Assembly: GCA_043228905.1 (NCBI GenBank) | Contig: JBHGNT010000014.1 | Coordinates: 20,460,001 to 20,524,000, forward strand | Direction of reading: 5' to 3' | DNA length: 64,000 nt | Source of the DNA: Azolla caroliniana | Lineage: Eukaryota; Plantae; Polypodiophyta | In this document: positions 36,200 through 49,853 of the stretch, one piece after another | How the letters are laid out: each line of letters starts with the position of its first letter | How positions within the stretch are numbered: position 1 is the stretch's first letter | Notes under the pieces: generated by a model | Told to the model about the DNA's origin: nothing | Database searches by the model: none | Seen by the model: only the letters and a program-made list of their open reading frames with translations | Made by a program: the position numbers and the translations under genes

Positions 36200-36432
36200 T
36201 AGGGTTTAGGGTTTAGTTAGGGTTTCCTTCCTTCTTGAATGGGTTTTAGGGTTTATCTCTCTTGAGGGTGTAGGATCTTGCTCAATGAGGGTTCAAGTCT
36301 ACAAGATCTAAGGTCTTATTAAGATGTTGGAACTTGGGTTATTGAATGGGTTTTAGGGTTTATCTCTCCTTGAGGGTGTAGGATTTTCCTCAATGAGGAT
36401 TCTAGTTTACAAGATCTAAGGTCTTATTCAGA
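36200..36432 (-). promoter_or_regulatory. RPP30 upstream region with telo-boxes (AAACCCTA) and a ~105-bp duplication
   Basis: Several TAGGGTTT motifs at 36200-36255 and ~36355. Telo-boxes are typical of plant ribosome-biogenesis gene promoters. Confidence 0.5.
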
Positions 36433-37724
36433 TGAAGGGCCTTATCTCATACAATTCATCTAAGTGATGTCGAGGGTTTTAATGATGGTGTCGGTTCACA
36501 CTACAGACGAAGAGATAGCAAGGTAATTTACACTCCCATGAATTACTACAGCATGTACATATGCTACAACGGGAAATTGATTTTCGCAATTACCACATCT
36601 TAGCACCGCAAAAAACAACTTCTCCCTCCTAAGGATTGACCTTTATGTAAGTTCACTCTTCCTATAAAACCTCGAGACTAGATGGTCTACCCTCCCATAA
36701 GTATCTTGTGGATTTTGGACTATGAATTTGGTTCATCATGAATGTTGTTCGTAGTTTAAATTGGTAAACTGTGGCACAACATGAAAAGTAGCATGTAAAC
36801 AATGAAATTACATGAAATGAATAAATCAAACTGGTCATGCATTATTGTTAGAATCAAGAAGAATAGTCCTCAATTCCAATTTCTTCTTTCTTACATTCAT
36901 AAAAAAAAACTATTGCATTTTAGGCAACTAGGGAAGCCATTGAAAAGCTATCTCCGTCTTTGACATTACAACTCATGTTTCCTAGATATCCCAACAAGGA
37001 AATGAGTGGACATGTGATGATCTCATAAATGCAATAGCAAATATCAATGCATATGCATAATCCAATCCATTAAGTCAAATTCATAGAAACTTATATATTA
37101 AAATACACAATAGAATCATTGACGTATCTTTAGGATGCTTCATAATAGTATAATGAACGTTGAGAGATAACCCTGTGTGAAGCAACTATATTCAATCAAA
37201 ATCAATAAAAACTTCACAAGAGAGATTTGTCACAAATTCTAACCCCCATGTTTTGGTTTTCTTCAAAAAAAAGTATTTTACTTCAAATACAATGGTGTGA
37301 TTGCACAATGGCATGATTTAAGACAAATGATTACACACAAATTGCATCTTTTCATTTAACATGAATTGGTAAATATCATAATGCTTGCTTAAACTTTCAT
37401 TTAACATGAATCGCTGTCCCAGCCAATAGCACGCATTTGATCAACACGCATTGTAAAACAAGAAACATATCTGTTGCTTGGAATACATACAACTGCATTA
37501 ATCCACGAAAGGTGCAATAGTGCAACAGACTACATTTGGACAAAGGGTTCAATTTTGTACAAGTTGGATATGGAGAAAGCATTACTCCAAAGCTTTCTTT
37601 GGTTATAGAACAGATCCAAAGCGCATCTAGTTGTTTGCATATCCTACAGATACAAAGCATTTATACACAGCTAAGAAGGATAATGAATCAATAATGACAA
37701 AACACATTGAACCATGTACAAAAA

Positions 37725-38819
37725 TCAAACACCTTGCTTTGACATTTGGGAACTAAGCCATTCAAATATCTCATTTGATTGAACGCTAGTCATCTCATGA
37801 AATCCATAGGCAAGATTGAGAAGCTCTTGCACGTGCATGTCCCAAAGCTTGTAATAGTTGCCAGGCATTACTTGCCTTTCTTTTAAAGGCATCATCCAAT
37901 TCATTGCCCGACCATCCAATCTCATGAAATTATCATCACCAATTACACCAGTCTCCTTGAAGACTTTGTATATCTTATGAGACATCATTGAATCAAGACC
38001 CGGAATTTTGGTGAAATAATCCGGTGTGACAATTAGTGGGTAACACTTAATCTCATTGGTATCGATTCCTTTGCTTCTAAGCATGTCAATTGCATTCTTG
38101 ATAAGAGACACCCTCCTTTTATCCTTGACCATATGTACAAACAATGTTGGTGGATAATTTCTACCGATTTTCATTTTATGAAACAGCCCCTCAGAGATCA
38201 TTATCACTATAGCCTCGAATTTATATTCTCGAGCTAAAGCAGATACAAAGAATCCACCCGATGATGCACCCAATGCTACAATTGGACGCCCTTCAAGTCC
38301 CTTATCCTTTATCCAAAAAGAAAGAATACTCATAACTTTGGCTTTATCACTAGATATACTCCAACATTCTCTGGTGCTTGAAATTGCTATCACAGCATAT
38401 CCCTTTGTTAGAGCATGCATAACAATGACTCTCTCCTCTGGGAGTCCAAGGCACTCAGCACAGTTGGTGCTTTTATCCCAAAAAAATGTTGCTCTTCCAT
38501 TGCATCCATGAGCAAGAAACAAAATAGCCTTTGGACTAGCCAATAATGATGCAGATGGAACTTGCCATACAACTTGAGTTTCCTCTATATAGTCCAACCT
38601 TCCAGACAATGCATAGAGAGGAATATTACTCTCTTGAGTTCTGATTGTTTTCACAAACAATAAGGGTTTCCATGCTGCAAAGATGAGTACTGGAGCTAAT
38701 ATTATAAGAATTGTCGTCAGGATGATTTTGTGCCAAGTATTGACTTGAGCCCGGAGAACAACATAAATGTTTTGCAAAGTTGGATTCTGGAGATTCCTCT
38801 CGATTATTCGCCTAGCCAT
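37725..38819 (-). CDS. Membrane-anchored alpha/beta-hydrolase-fold protein of unknown function
   Basis: 364-aa single-exon ORF with an N-terminal hydrophobic segment, LFLAHGC, the nucleophile elbow GASSGG, PPTLFVHM and a C-terminal His (GFHEMTS). Confidence 0.82.
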   Translation of the reverse strand: MARRIIERNLQNPTLQNIYVVLRAQVNTWHKIILTTILIILAPVLIFAAWKPLLFVKTIRTQESNIPLYALSGRLDYIEETQVVWQVPSASLLASPKAILFLAHGCNGRATFFWDKSTNCAECLGLPEERVIVMHALTKGYAVIAISSTRECWSISSDKAKVMSILSFWIKDKGLEGRPIVALGASSGGFFVSALAREYKFEAIVIMISEGLFHKMKIGRNYPPTLFVHMVKDKRRVSLIKNAIDMLRSKGIDTNEIKCYPLIVTPDYFTKIPGLDSMMSHKIYKVFKETGVIGDDNFMRLDGRAMNWMMPLKERQVMPGNYYKLWDMHVQELLNLAYGFHEMTSVQSNEIFEWLSSQMSKQGV

Positions 38820-40699
38820 CTTACTAGTTCTGTAGTCGATAAATGTTTTATAAGAGACAAAAGACCAAAATCAAGCTTGCATGTATGCATGAAAAATGAT
38901 GTGAGTTCTACCCCTGTTCACAGTCAATAGACTATACCTAGTGATGCATCCACGAAAGAAACTTGCACACAGGCCAACGCAAGTTGAATGGAAAAATTAA
39001 AACACCAAAATACCCGACATGGTGGACATTCACCAGAATATCCTTGAGCTTCTATGAATTTTAACCACAGAAATTGTCTGGTATGGAAACTTATGGGGAT
39101 TTGGTGTTTTGCCTCATTCAGAAATTTAAATCTACAAACTATGCCTTCCTCATTTCTGTTTTTCAGAAGGATATAAAGAACACTGATATGTCTCTTGGAG
39201 ATTTCAGATTTGGAAGTTTTACTAACAAATTAATAAATAAATTGAAGAGTAGAATAGGACTGGACAAATTAATCAATCAAGATACCCATAACTTGACATG
39301 CCTAAAGAAAAGATATACCACTTATGAATTGTCCCTGCACATAGCAGATGCCATAAAGAAAAGTTGAGGGGGGCTAATGTTACAATTATGAGCATACTGG
39401 TGGAAACTATGTGCAAGCTATTATTGAAAAATGAAAAAAAATCACTTTCAACCAAAGCATGCCACGCCTAGAGAAATGATACACGTCTAAGAGCCTTCAT
39501 GCAACAATTTGAAGACGATACAGTAATAGACTGTATTCATTGAAAAGTGGCTATGGATAGCCAATAAACATGCATGGTCCTTTTTGTCAACCATGATTGT
39601 ATCTCTTCCTAAACAATCAGTCCAATACTACAGCCTATAATTTGTAACAAAAAGGATATGCTATACCATATGCATGTTCATGTAATGTGATCATGTTGTC
39701 ATGGCCATCAGTGTAACACTAATGCAATCTCTCTGTTGGGTGGTTTGACAAAGTCCAATATTTATCAACCCCCAATCTCTATCCATGATTTAAATGGGTT
39801 TAGAGTGTTTCAAGAAACTGTATTTGGTAGTTCTAAAGTTCGAACAACTGTGTTCATGTCCTATGAAAAAAATTTGTATGACCACTAGCAATTAATATGG
39901 CAGTAAATACAGCATGGTGAATCTAATGATACAACTCAAAGTTTAAGGAGCTTATAAAAATAAGGATAAAAAATAAGTAGTCAACTGTTTAAAAGTCTTT
40001 TGGGCATTATATATTGGCAATAATCTCAATTATCAGATATTTTGCTTGGTTGCAAAAAAAGTCTTTTGGGCAATAAACATTTATCTTTCTCGAAATTATA
40101 CACATATAAACTAACAGATATTTAAAACACCAACAAAACATCAACTAACATGCATTTCAATAGCTGAAAAACATGTTTTCTGACATCATAAGCCAAATTT
40201 TTGTGAAATTTATATTCATAAAACCAGTATAGTTCAAAAATGCTGGCAAAAACTCAAGTACACTATTTATTCATAAATTCCCACACAGAATGTTAAAACT
40301 GTGCACATATATAAGATGCATAATACAAAGACCAACTCATTCAGGAACTCAAAATGGAAGAGACAAAAGTCTTCATGTGCAAAACCTCTGAGTGCAATTA
40401 GCTAAGGCTACCCTTTCTATAAAAGGTCACTGCAAATCCTAACAGTTACATTGACCTATCACATTAACTATGCAACGACACCACACATACCATAGGCAAC
40501 ACAGTCAAGTGGGGTGGTCCGTTGGTACTTGATCACACCAACAATTCTCAACTAGTAGATAGTTTATAAGTCCATTAATTAATGGTTCAAATGAAGATTT
40601 TTTGAAATAAACTGTAGTGTTCGAAAGAAGAGTGAAAACATTGAAACTAGTATATATCAAAAGAAAAACAAGCAGATAATCTCAAGTGAAAAGGGTTTT

Positions 40700-41900
40700 G
40701 ATGCATTGGAAAAAAGGGTTTTTTGCATATTAGATCCTAAGATACCAGAAGTGACACAAACATGATATACATACATATAAATAACTACTGCTTTTTAGAT
40801 GCTTGGGCTCAGCTCCACAAGCTCCCCACAATTTTCCTTTTGCCCCCAACCCCAGGATATTGGCTCATCTTTAGAGTGTATTAATCAAGGCACACACAAT
40901 ATTCCTAACAACTCCTTTGTATAGTTTGAAATGGCTTCTGATACCCAATACAAAATCGCCGCACTCCAGTGATAGTTTTTGATGGATTTCTTCCAGCTAT
41001 TGATCGTGCACATGCATACTTTGACCATGGGTATAATTAAAAGCAAAAAATTTGAATACACCTACATTCATACTGGCATATGTCCACCAACAATGGCTTG
41101 ATATATTCCATGTTTGCTTTAATATTCACTACTAATAATGTTTTCTGTACAAACATATACGGCAGCACACATCTTAACCAGCCACATCAATTGCACAAAT
41201 ACCCATTTTTGGCAGGGCCATGTTCCTCCATTTCCAACATCACCCAATATGCTTGAGATGAGTGCAAGGTGCAGCACCTTGTCCAACAAGGTTTTCACAT
41301 TGGCAATCAATCATAGAGGTTTAGTGTTCCATTGAGGGTATGAGACCATAGTCTATACACATCTCATCAAATACTATTCCACTCTCCTTCACTACGCCAG
41401 CATGATTACATGCCACAAGAAACATAATGAAAACGAGCATATTTGATGCAGTGTCCTTAGCTCTCATCCTTCTATAAAAGTGCAAAATAACATTTATTTG
41501 ACCTGACTCTCATATCCCAAAAGCAAGGAAGTACAAGAAACAATGTCACACATGAGAAGTTTTTTGACGGTTTCTCTTGCCTTGTGAGACATGCCACACT
41601 TAGAATACATATCCACAATGTTTCTCTGCAACAATCCTGGCTGTCTGGCAGCAATCCATGTCATAATATTCGTCACCAGGAGATGTTTGAGCATTCCATG
41701 TGACTTCTCCACACTATACACTTGGAATACATATCCATCAATTCGTTTCCAAGCAAGACATTTTTTTTGCAACAAACCTTGCCTTCTAACCTCCGCATCA
41801 ACATCTTTCCCCAATCTTGAGGGTTCCAACAATGCCTCCATCTTTCAAAATGCAAGCAAAGGTAGCCCTGACCTGGAAAGGGGGAGGGGGGAGAGGGGGA
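40700..41900 (-). pseudogene. Frameshifted PLS-type PPR pseudogene
   Basis: PPR fragments in shifting frames (LGNELMDMYSKC, NIVDMYSKCG, DIVSCTSLLLGY) and E-domain-like debris toward 40750-41000. Boundaries are approximate. Confidence 0.7.
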
Positions 41901-42561
41901 CCTGGTCTGTGGGAGCAGGCAGCCATGAGAGGTGATCATTTGATTCTTTTCAATGAGAAGTAATCGTTGTTTTCGTGGTGTTGATATGTATATTGCGTGT
42001 GTGTCTCTTCTGGCATCGTAAGTGCAACAAATCAAATCACTCAATATAATAACATACAAAATAAAACTGACGAATTTTCCTAAGATGTTAGCTGAACCAT
42101 AACCAAAATTTACAGATCTAAGTGTTCTGATCACATTCGTAAACATGAAAGATCTGTATCAAACCAACTGTCATAATCACAAAAATGAATCTACTTTTAT
42201 TTAAAATGGGGGAGAAAAAAATTTTATATGTTTGGCACAAACATGGACCATCCGGTGGATCAGAAAAACAGGCAGCAACGATAATGGCAATCCTACTAAG
42301 CAAGCGATGGAGAAAATCAAACACGCACGAACACTCTTACTTGGAAAGAATAACAGAGCGCTTACTCTGTTCTTCGTCTATCTTCTTCCTTCTTCAGTTG
42401 TTGGTTTCTTTTTCGAGTCGACACTTAACAACAAAACCTCAGAATTTGTTTATGAAGAGTTTCATGTGTTGTGTCCAACAAGGGCGTCTCTCTTTGGACA
42501 TGGGGTTCTTCTCAAGGTTTGCAATGATTTTTCGTGGACACGTTTAAGTTGTGCCGAGGTT

Positions 42562-42695
42562 TCGATTCCATTCGATAAGTAGACCTCGAGATTTTGTATA
42601 GTCTCTAGTAAGCTTACATTCTGTGACATCGATTCCATTCGATAAGTAGACCTCGAGATTTTGTATAGTCTCTAGTAAGCTTACATTCTGTTACA
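42562..42695. repeat. Tandem duplication, 2 x 67 bp
   Basis: TCGATTCCATTCGATAAGTAGACCTCGAG...CATTCTGT(G/T)ACA at 42562 and 42629. Confidence 0.95.
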
Positions 42696-44950
42696 GTTGT
42701 CTGATGTCAATGGAGAGAGACCCTCGAGATTTGGTTAGGATGTTTAAGGTTGTGGTCCTACGAATATGGAGATCGCAAGACCTTTAAGGTTTCATATGAG
42801 AGGGAGAACATAGGGTTGTTAAGGATTTTTTAGTGCATTGAATTGTTAAGGGTTGCACAATGGTCATAGTTAATGTTTTAATAGACATCCTATTATTAAT
42901 TTAATCATTGAAAGGTTTTAGGGTTGTTTAACATGTTATTACCTCTCAAATTAAATACCTTTTTCACTTGAAGTGTCATGGCATACTGGGTAAAGAAATT
43001 TCCAAAGGATAAAACAAAATTTCAGACCATATGAATCGGCTAACACTAAAGTGCTTTCAAAGGCCAAAATTCCCAGCCATAAGATCAACAATACATTATA
43101 ACGCTTTTAGAGGCACACCAAAAATAACGATCAAAACTTCACCAAGACTAGGCTACATGGAAGAAAAAAAAGCCTTTGGAGTTTACAAACCCCTTTGCAA
43201 GGTCGACAACCTCCTTAATCACCAAACATTAGTAAATTCATTCACATGAATGCTATTGGTTTCGGGTCCCTCTCAAGCTATATTGAAGCACTATATTGTC
43301 AATTCATTCCCTTCTCAATTATTTGAGGGCAAGACATCGATACACCCATCAAACTATGAGGGCAAGGCATAAACGCATCCACACCAACTTTGTGCTTAAT
43401 TTCACCGGCCTAGCCACAATCACATAGTCCCATCGATGTGTTGTCCTTGTGACAAAACACCTTTGCTTTCTCAACTTCAGCCATTTGTCGTCATCTAATT
43501 AATTCTTCGAGTTTTGGATCATGGTGGTATTGTGCATCTTGAAGCCATAGAATTCACCATGCATTCATCATCAAAATTGCATACATAATTTCCATATTAC
43601 ATGGTATCCATGCCAACACACCCATTGCAGTTGGAGGGATCATGGTCATTAGTTTCTTTGGATCTGTAACTCCCATTGCATCTGCATTAAAATAAGAGGA
43701 ATATGCAAGGATTCTTTGAATTCCAAAATGATGGCCATCTTGAACTTCCACATGTAATTTGTCCATTGTGTTGTCTAGACTCACCTTGCCAAGAGTTCCA
43801 CTTCCAACACCACTTGTTGGGGCCATCTACACCATTTTACCTAACACTCTAAAAGGTTGTTTAATACAACATGGTCAGATATTATTCTTAAATCTAGATA
43901 TCTTATTAAAAGTGTTCTTAGACCATACTTAATGATACAAGGCGAGCTCTATGCATATGGGTTATTAAGCAAGCATGTACAAATTTAACTCCATGGCTAG
44001 GAATGTACACATGCCATAAGGCGATTTTGGGTTCCATCGAAACGCTTTGTATTATTTAATATGTAAAGATCCAATATTATCTTTTAAAAAGCCAATTGAT
44101 TGCATCAATGTAGAGAAACAAACTACAATGAGCCTCTATTGGATACATTGGAGTTTGGTGATGGGCCCTTATATTTATTAAAGTTCAAGCATTCCCAAGG
44201 ATGGTAATTTACCATGCAGTAAAATCTTCTTCCAAAGCTCTAGAAGATAAAATACATTGTCTCATAGGTCAGCGTATCATATGTCTTATCAAAGCCTACC
44301 ATCCATCAGAACATGCTTTAATAGATGCAACCTACACAACAAGGAATTATGGCGTCCAGATTGTAACAAGTAACAATGATTTGTAAAGCTGGCATGTGAT
44401 CGAATGTAAGGAGGGCCCTAACAAAGGTTTGTATGTCATACATTGAGGGACTGATCACTCAAGATTCCTGTTTCTCACTTTTCTGCAAACTAATCTCATG
44501 ATACCTTTGTCAAGGGATACCGTTATGATAAGATCGATGCAACAACCTACAAAGAAGATGCAGTAAGCAAAAAGGTTGGTAAAATCCAGCTCCAAGGTCG
44601 TCACAAACAAGAATTCGCACTGTTAGGAAGGTTGTCATAATACATTTCTAGATTGGTGAGGAACCTTTATCATGCATGATTCCGAACTCCTTGAGAAGTC
44701 AGTTACGATCACCATACTGAAACTCGTTTGATTCCGTAACCAATGCTTTGCATAGTTTTGCTCATAACAACCACAACATTATTGTACACTAAAATAAAAG
44801 CCCATTTAAACTTTTCATTTTGATGCCTTGCACGAAAATATTTATATTACAATACAAAGATATTCATTTTAACATAACCATTTTATAAAGACAGCCATCA
44901 CGAGACATAGCTTTGCAACAGTTACAGCCCATATTCCAATTCTGTTAATC

Positions 44951-47900
44951 TTAGAAACACTTCGGCATTCTCCATGTCTTTCTCAGTTTCGAACCTGGAT
45001 AGACCACTTCCCTGCAATAAATAATTAATGTAAGCCTCTCCTTCCTTCAAGCATGCCTTAGAAGAAGTATATGGCATTAACATTATAACAAAAACTGAAC
45101 ATAGACAGATTATTCTTACCTCAACACTGCCTCAAGTTCTCTCTCATCGTCACAATTGTAACCAAGAGAATAAGCTCTCCCTGTCAAAAAGGACAAGATG
45201 ACAGCAAACAAAATTATCAAACTGTCTGAACGTTCAAACCAACTATAACCAGTTACTTTACCTAAGCGGCCAGCCCCCATAGAAGGCTCTTCTGCCTCCT
45301 CTAATACTGCATTATTATCCATTAGCTGATTACCCTGAAAACATATTAATATGATGATAAGAAAATCAAATCAACAATAAAAAAATACGAAAAAAGTTTG
45401 CTTGTCAATGATCCCTACAGAGCCTTCCTCCTCCTCTGCTGATAACCAACGATCAAAACAACGTCCAGAGATGGTGCATACTAAGAGATCATTGGAAGGA
45501 TCTAGTATTGTTTCCCGGCAAGTATCATCACACACTGCAGAATAACAAATGCAGCAACACAGGCTAACATACTATGAGAACATACATCAATTAAATGCAC
45601 ATGAATATAAACAGAATAACACGAAAAACCTCAAAACACCCCTGCATTTTTCTTTATTTCCTCAAATGTCCCTGCATCAACTCGCCGCTCAAGCAATTAT
45701 AAGGTTAATTCATCTTATTCTACTCTCAGGGGATGACCGAGGGCATTTGGGGAAATAAACAAACAGTTGGGCATTTCTGGCAATGAAAAAACTAGGTAAT
45801 ATTTCTGAGTAATAACAAAACATTTGCATTGAATATAGTATACCATGCGCTCTGCCAGTTTTTTCACATAGAAACACATCTCCTATCTGAAAATATGAGC
45901 AAGCTTTGCCAGAGCATACATGATACCCAGCATAAACATCAGGCAGCCCGTGGCTGGTTCTCCAAGAGGTTATTTGTTCAGCTACCGTTTTATCGAGGAT
46001 AATAAGGTCATCTTTTATCTGCATCACATGCAATCATTAACATATTTGATTACAAGTCATGGCACAATGGCACTTGTAAACTACTTATTCACTTCCATTA
46101 GAAATATATCTTCAAATGCCCAATACATTCATAACACAATGCATGTTATGGTACATCAAAATTGCATATCAACCTGCGTAGGAAGGGGAGCCTGACTTCT
46201 CTTTGCTGCCTGCATCTGTACGTAGTATTCTCGAAATTCAACAGGTGTATTCCTCACAAACTCGATCATATCTGCCTTATCACGCTGTTTTTCATGCAAA
46301 CACACACTTCAGTGAGACTTCCAATAATATTACGAAATGCTGTACTTACTATCAGTTCACCTCCAAATAAAATTGCTTCACAATCTCCTAAAACATACCT
46401 ATTAAAAGAAAATGGTGATCAAAGGAAAGATATAGCACCTCAAAATAAAGTTGTTTCCATGCACAACCTCTCGGCCTTGTACTGCCAGCTGCTGGTAAGC
46501 CCCAACGCAAGCAGTATCTATACAAAGACCCATAGCAAGAAATGTGATATACATGAGTTTAAAGAGATTGATTATCATCATTGGTTGGTACTGTTTGGAA
46601 AGCAAGACCCAATAAGCCAAACTTCATATCTTCTGTAAACCAGCTTCCTAAGCATTTCACAAAAGCTATTCCCAAAGCTCTTAGGATTCCTTATTATGTA
46701 CCAAAACCTACATTCTGTTTTCTTAGATGTACATTAAGATGCCTTTCGTAGTTCATTTTGGATCTGAATATACAGGTGAATAGCAAGACCAACCATGTAC
46801 TCCTCAAAAAAGAAATACTTGTAACTATACTGTAATTTGTAGTTCTTACCCCAAAGGGATGTGAAGGCATGTATCAAAAACTTCATTCCTTTACCCACAT
46901 TGGAGTTCATAAATACTAAAACAAATATGATTTCTTCATTTCTGCATAACTAACCTATGCAGCAAAAATAATACTTAAGGTACTGCTACTTACAATCTTC
47001 GCCAAAGAGATTCATCGGATGCAACTTGCCGAAGAAACTGACAAACAACTGCACAACTGACAAGGTCCTGGAAAATGTAAGTACATAAGAAGATATTCAA
47101 TTAAGTGAGGCATTATGATATACACTCTTGCCTCTAAAGCAAGAACGTGGCAATGCATACGACATGAGAGCATGTATATATATATATAGAGAGAGAGAGA
47201 TATAATGGACACATCAGATAAACTAATACATGAATGCAAACATAATATACATAATAAGAACTGAACAGCCATCTTCTTCTAACCTCTGATGATAAGAACT
47301 TTAAGATATTTTGAAAGAGTTCCAAAGGGATTTTGCTGAAGTTTCCACTCTCAATTGATGAATCAATCTCGCCCCTCTTCTTTGATTCTGAATGTATCTC
47401 AACACAACGTCGCTTTGATAATACATAGGAGGTATCTTCCTGCTCAAAGACCATGTGTAGAAAATGAAACCCCCACAGAAACATGTATTTGATAGTTAAT
47501 GCACAACAATACGCAAGCACCCAAGTCAGTGCCACCATTTATTTGTTCTCTTTACAAACTACAATGGAAGCATGTAAAGCAGAATTCTCAACATAGTTTC
47601 ATCAAAACCCCAGTTTTGGAAAATCAAATCACAAGGGGCCAGGCAAAGAATATCATACAATCGCATAATAAGTTTTAGAATCATTTGAGAAAATCTGCTT
47701 CAAAACAAAATTTTGATTCCTTCTACATCTAGGGAATAATGAAATGCCATTTCAGTCTTCCTTCATATGTTGGGCAAAAGACAGAAGGCTATGCATCTTC
47801 ATCAAGCACAACCAAGTGCATCAATCAGCAATCCTTCAATTCCTCTCTATGCTCATATGTAGAGAAATGTGAATGTCAATTTTAGACTTCCGTCACAAAT

Positions 47901-49171
47901 TGAGCAACCTATGGGTCAATATTGGCCTCTCTATGGACGCTAAAAATATCTATCTATCTAAATATCTATCTACCTTAGAAGAGTATCTTGCCAAGACCAT
48001 CCTCATTCTACATCCTTTGTGTTTCTATTTCATCTGCATTTCCTCATGCATTACATAATTCCATGTCATAACAAGGTAATGCTTCATCATTGATGATAGC
48101 TAAACAAAGAAACGTCACATCCTATGATATATATGCTTCATCTAAAACATTTGCTAAACAAACACACACAAATTGCAACATTTGAGGAAATTTGTTATCA
48201 TAGTATGCACCTCATATTGCAAAGGTGAGCAGGCATGACCATCCCACAATCTGCTAGGTTTACATTCTGGCAGAGCAGATAACAAATTCCACACATACAC
48301 GAACAATTTTCAGCTCATATCATGGAAATTTTCCAAGACACGCATAAAACAAATAATCAAAACACATAAAGAGAAAAATGGGAACTCACTTGTTTACTTC
48401 ATCTGCAACCTGTAAACAACATTATGGGCAGAAACAATAAGAAATTTACTGTTTTTTAAAAACGGGATATGGTACAATGTGTGGAAACCATCAACTACGC
48501 CATATATTGGTAAAAACCAATCTAAACATATAAAACTTGATAAACCCCGAGGTGAATACAATCAAAATCCATGTTTCTTTAGTTTCCTTGCAGAAACGAA
48601 GCTTTGAATGTGCTTTTCAAACTTAATGACTGTTTTTTGTCAAAAGCGAAGACAATCAAAATCTCTCAATAATGCTTTAAAGTTTGAGCTTAAAATATGT
48701 TCAAACTCCGGTTCTGTAGAGCAAGGGGAGAAAAGTCGAAGATGTAACAATTACCTATATCGCTCTTTAATCGCATTAAAAAAATTTACTAAATTTGAGA
48801 CTAATGTAATCAATAAGCAAAAAGATAACACTTCAAAATCTACGATTAAAACAGCTCTAAAACTTCCGTTTCTGCATACAAACGCAGCAAATGCCGAAGG
48901 TTCTGGTGGAGTTATATTTCCTAAATTTTAAACGAGACCAGAGGCGAATACAATCAAAATACTACGAGAAACGCATCGAAATTGAGATTAAAACAAATTT
49001 CAGTTTCCGTTTCAGAAGATAAATGGACGAAACGTGAAAGGGACGTAGAGAATTACTTACCTCGCTATCTGAGCTGGATGCAGAATCGAAGCTCAGAACT
49101 TCTGCTTCTAAATACTCGGCCAAAGTGTCGTCTTCTTCAGAAACAGCAGGTGGATCGAGCGCAGAATCCAT
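44951..49171 (-). CDS. SKIP31: F-box protein SKIP31-like, multi-exon
   Basis: Exons encode [34 protein letters not shown]|DLVSC (F-box), [40 protein letters not shown]|VCDDTCRE...[14 protein letters not shown] and [20 protein letters not shown]. Stop at 44951. Some internal boundaries are unresolved. Confidence 0.85.
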
Positions 49172-49475
49172 CAATAGATAAGTGTCCAGGAGAGGGAATT
49201 CGTAAAAACTTCCGTTAATCTTTAGGGTTTTCTCAGAGACAGATACAGAGAGAAGAAGAAGCCATGGCTTCCTTCTTCGTCGCAGGGAGAGGATCGATCC
49301 AAACGCTTCCACACGTGCCTGCGCTGGTCACGGGCGGTTTCACACTAGGCCGCCCAATCAACCAACCAAACGAGGCCCAACACTCGGCCATGACTTACAT
49401 ATATCGTTTCATCAAAAATTGTCAAGAGGCCGGTGGGCTTCTCCATCGATCACTTCTCGGTTCAGCATAACATAA

Positions 49476-49853
49476 TTGTTATCGGTAGCAAACTATATCA
49501 ATATGTTAACGCTTCATGTAACATTTGTTCATATCAATGGCGAACTATATCAATACTTTAATGCTTCATGTACGTTGTTGATATCAATAGCGAACTATAT
49601 CAATACGTTGATGCAACTATGGGTGTCAGTAGCAAATTGTATGGATACGTTAATGCAATTGTTGATGTTAGTGACGAACTATCGCGATACGTTGATGCTT
49701 CGTGTAACACTATCGATGTCAGTAAAAAAAACTATATGCCTCATATGACACTATTGATTTTAGTAGCAAACTACATTGATACGTTAATGCCTTCGTGTAA
49801 CACTATCAATGTCAATAGCAAACTATACTGATACGTTAATGCTTCGTGTAACA
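49476..49853. repeat. Degenerate tandem array, ~8 units of ~40-50 bp
   Basis: Recurring TAGC(A/G)AACTA...AT(A/C)GTT(A/G)ATGCTTC(A/G)TGTAACA units. Confidence 0.8.

Noticed and set aside
42185-42582. Two overlapping ~120-aa plus-strand ORFs
   Set aside because: No family recognised and no clear splice structure, so a gene call cannot be supported.
43250-43830. Possible gag or transposase relic
   Set aside because: Too degenerate to assign. There is only a faint zinc-knuckle resemblance.
49476-49853. CRISPR-like appearance of the repeat array (also 11055-11376)
   Set aside because: Units are degenerate and lack unique spacers, there are no cas genes, and the context is eukaryotic.
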